Shown piece by piece: positions 62,029-64,000 of a DNA stretch of 64,000 bases. Origin of the DNA: Syntrophales bacterium. Its GTDB lineage: Bacteria; Desulfobacterota; Syntrophia; Syntrophales; UBA2210. The position numbers and the translations under genes were made by a program. The notes beneath the pieces were generated by a model that searched no databases, was not told the origin of the DNA, and saw nothing but the letters and a program-made list of their open reading frames with translations. Location of the stretch: the NCBI GenBank assembly GCA_036825195.1, contig DAISYQ010000001.1, forward strand, positions 179,629-243,628, read 5' to 3'. The first letter of the stretch is position 1. The number at the start of each line of letters is the position of its first letter.

Positions 62029-63297
62029 TTGGAATACGATCTTATCTTCAAGCTGATCCTTTTGGTTGTTCTCATCGTCCTATCGGGATTTTTTTCCGGT
62101 TCAGAGGCGTCGTTATTCTCCCTGTCTTCCTTGCATTTATATAAAATGAAAGAGGATCGCATCCCCTTTGCGTCATCCGTCAAAAAACTGCTGGGACGCC
62201 CCAGAAGGCTTCTCGTCACTATCCTTACAGGAAATGAGTCCGTCAATATCGCCATCGCCGCCCTGACGACATCCGTCTCAATTTATCTCTTCGGAACTGA
62301 AGGGAAATGGATCGCCATAGCCGTTGCAAGTGTCGCGCTCATTATTTTCGGTGAAGCGATCCCCAAAAACCTTGCGATCGTCAATTCCATGAGATTTTCC
62401 AGCGCCGTTGCACTGCCACTGGTCCTGCTGACCACCCTGCTCCGTCCGGTGGTATGGTCAATCGAAAAGATATCAGACCTCTTTGTATTTCTCTTCGGTA
62501 GGGAGAAGCAGGGAGATGAAAAGGCGCTGACCGAAGACACCTTCAAGGCACTGGTTGACGCAGGCCATCAGGAGGGGGCACTGGAAGAATCCCAGAAGGA
62601 CCTGATCCACGAGGTATTCAAACTCGCCGACACGAGGGTGTCGGAGATCATGGTTCCGAGAGTCGACATGTTCTGCCTGCCGGTATCCATGAATATACAG
62701 GAAATAGAGCAGGAAGTCATTCGTGAACGCGTATCCAGGATACCTGTCTACGGAACGGACAGGGACAATATTCTGGGTGTTCTCCATGCAAAACATCTGC
62801 TATCAGAAGTGGCAAAGAAACAGAAGAGGAGTGGATGGCAGCACCTCATTACGAAACCCTATTTCGTTCCCACGGAAAAGAGGGCGGATAGAATGCTCCG
62901 GGATTTTCAGCGGAGAAGTCTCCAGATAGCTATCGTGGTCGACGAGTACGGCGGAGTGGCCGGGCTTATAACACTGAATGACATACTCAGGAACCTGTTC
63001 GTGGATATCTATGAAGATCCCAGTCAAACCCGAGAAATGTTTTACCGGATCAGTGAAGATGCGTTTGTGGTATCCGGTATGATGGATATTGATGATTTCA
63101 ATGAGCTTGTAGATATTCCTATTACAACGGAGGAGTTCGATACAGTGGGAGGGTTCGTGTTTCATCTCTTTGGACAACTCCCGGCGGAGGGTGAGGAAAT
63201 ATCGGTACCACCCTATACCTTAAGGGTGGAAAAGATCGATAAGGCGAGGATCATGAGCATACGCGTCACAAAGCGCGAGGAATCCAACGATGACTGA
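62029..63297 (+). CDS. CNNM/HlyC-CorC family protein (DUF21 TM domain, CBS pair, CorC_HlyC)
   Basis: LSGFFSGSEASLFSL (DUF21), a CBS pair (VSEIMVPRVDM...IPVYG...), and a C-terminal transporter-associated domain. Apparent TTG start. Confidence 0.85.
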   Translation: MEYDLIFKLILLVVLIVLSGFFSGSEASLFSLSSLHLYKMKEDRIPFASSVKKLLGRPRRLLVTILTGNESVNIAIAALTTSVSIYLFGTEGKWIAIAVASVALIIFGEAIPKNLAIVNSMRFSSAVALPLVLLTTLLRPVVWSIEKISDLFVFLFGREKQGDEKALTEDTFKALVDAGHQEGALEESQKDLIHEVFKLADTRVSEIMVPRVDMFCLPVSMNIQEIEQEVIRERVSRIPVYGTDRDNILGVLHAKHLLSEVAKKQKRSGWQHLITKPYFVPTEKRADRMLRDFQRRSLQIAIVVDEYGGVAGLITLNDILRNLFVDIYEDPSQTREMFYRISEDAFVVSGMMDIDDFNELVDIPITTEEFDTVGGFVFHLFGQLPAEGEEISVPPYTLRVEKIDKARIMSIRVTKREESNDD

Positions 63298-64000
63298 TCT
63301 CTTCTTCATCATTCCCATTCTCATATTCCTCTTCCTGGAAGGGCTCTTCTCCGGTGGAGAACTCTCTCTGGTAGCATGTGATATCAATATCATGAGACAT
63401 AAGGCTAGGAAGGGATCACGTTCTGCAGCCATGGCGTTGAAACTGATGGAACGACCGGAATGGTTCCTGGCTACAACACTGATCGGGACGAATCTCTGCG
63501 CCGTCAGCAACACCGCTCTCACCACGGCTCTGTTGATATCTCACTTCGGAATCGAAACGGGGGAACTCCTCTCCATCATCATCATGATACCCCTCATCCT
63601 GACTGTGGGAGAGGTGATACCGAAAAGCATCTTCCAACAGAATGCGGATCGGATGGCGCCTAAGATTTCATGGTTCATATGGGCCGCTTCGTGGATTTTA
63701 TATCCCGCCGTTTTTATACTCTCAAGAATCTCTCACAGGGTCCTTACCGCCTTCTCAGGGAAGAAGGATCTCTCATATGCGTCCTATATTACGAAGGACG
63801 GACTGGAATTACTCCTGCGGGAAGAACAAAGCGGGGATATTATGAGGTCGGAAAAGGAAATGATACAGAGAATCTTTGATTTTTCCGACTCCACAGTCGA
63901 TCAGATCATGGTACCCCTCTCCAATGTAACCGTTGTTCCGTCACAAATGACCATCAGCGAGGCCACCCCTATCATTATCGACAAGGGATACTCCCAGATT
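63290..64000 (+). CDS. Second CNNM/HlyC-CorC family protein, 5' part (runs off the window)
   Basis: ATG 63290 overlaps the upstream stop (ATGACTGA). The product MTDLFFIIPILIFLFLEGLFSGGELSLVAC...GEVIPKSI...VDQIMVPLSNV matches DUF21 plus the start of the CBS pair. There is no stop before the window end, so it is absent from the ORF track. Confidence 0.8.
   Translation, partial: MTDLFFIIPILIFLFLEGLFSGGELSLVACDINIMRHKARKGSRSAAMALKLMERPEWFLATTLIGTNLCAVSNTALTTALLISHFGIETGELLSIIIMIPLILTVGEVIPKSIFQQNADRMAPKISWFIWAASWILYPAVFILSRISHRVLTAFSGKKDLSYASYITKDGLELLLREEQSGDIMRSEKEMIQRIFDFSDSTVDQIMVPLSNVTVVPSQMTISEATPIIIDKGYSQI

Overview
The window is mostly core chromosome with moderate GC. Its gene content suggests an anaerobic, fatty-acid-oxidising Deltaproteobacteria/Syntrophales-like organism; the taxon is inferred from gene content only.

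I can support about 50 protein genes:
- **Housekeeping:** suhB, rodZ, tatA, tatB-tatC, ssb, uppP, ftsK, rimO, ubiE, ilvBN, mrcA, gatCAB, mtnA, groESL, folD, gpmI, acs, hflX and uvrBC.
- **Acyl-CoA metabolism:** three AMP-forming CoA ligases, thiolase-hbd-crt-bcd, two EtfAB pairs, and a membrane HdrD-like Fe-S oxidoreductase next to one Etf pair.

I saw no rRNA, tRNA, CRISPR array, transposase or integrase.

Most notable observations:
1. An AT-rich insert of about 2.2 kb lies between ubiE and ilvN. It carries an orphan Swt1-like HEPN (Rx4H) protein with an unrecognisable C-terminal half and no partner gene. This is the best candidate for a novel defence or abortive-infection module.
2. A TetR-linked operon combines an ACAD10/11-type kinase, a FadE2-type acyl-CoA dehydrogenase, a phosphotriesterase-like lactonase and a CoA ligase. 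I predict a lactone / 4-hydroxy-acid catabolic route.
3. A Val/Leu-rich leader peptide with an antiterminator/terminator arrangement and a near-consensus promoter sits upstream of ilvBN.
4. A 1.27-kb gene-free gap in the beta-oxidation operon contains the decayed 3' end of a second crotonase.
5. hflX has a conserved N-terminal extension of about 135 codons with no canonical start codon.

All coordinates of small elements were counted by hand. No database search or folding calculation was possible.
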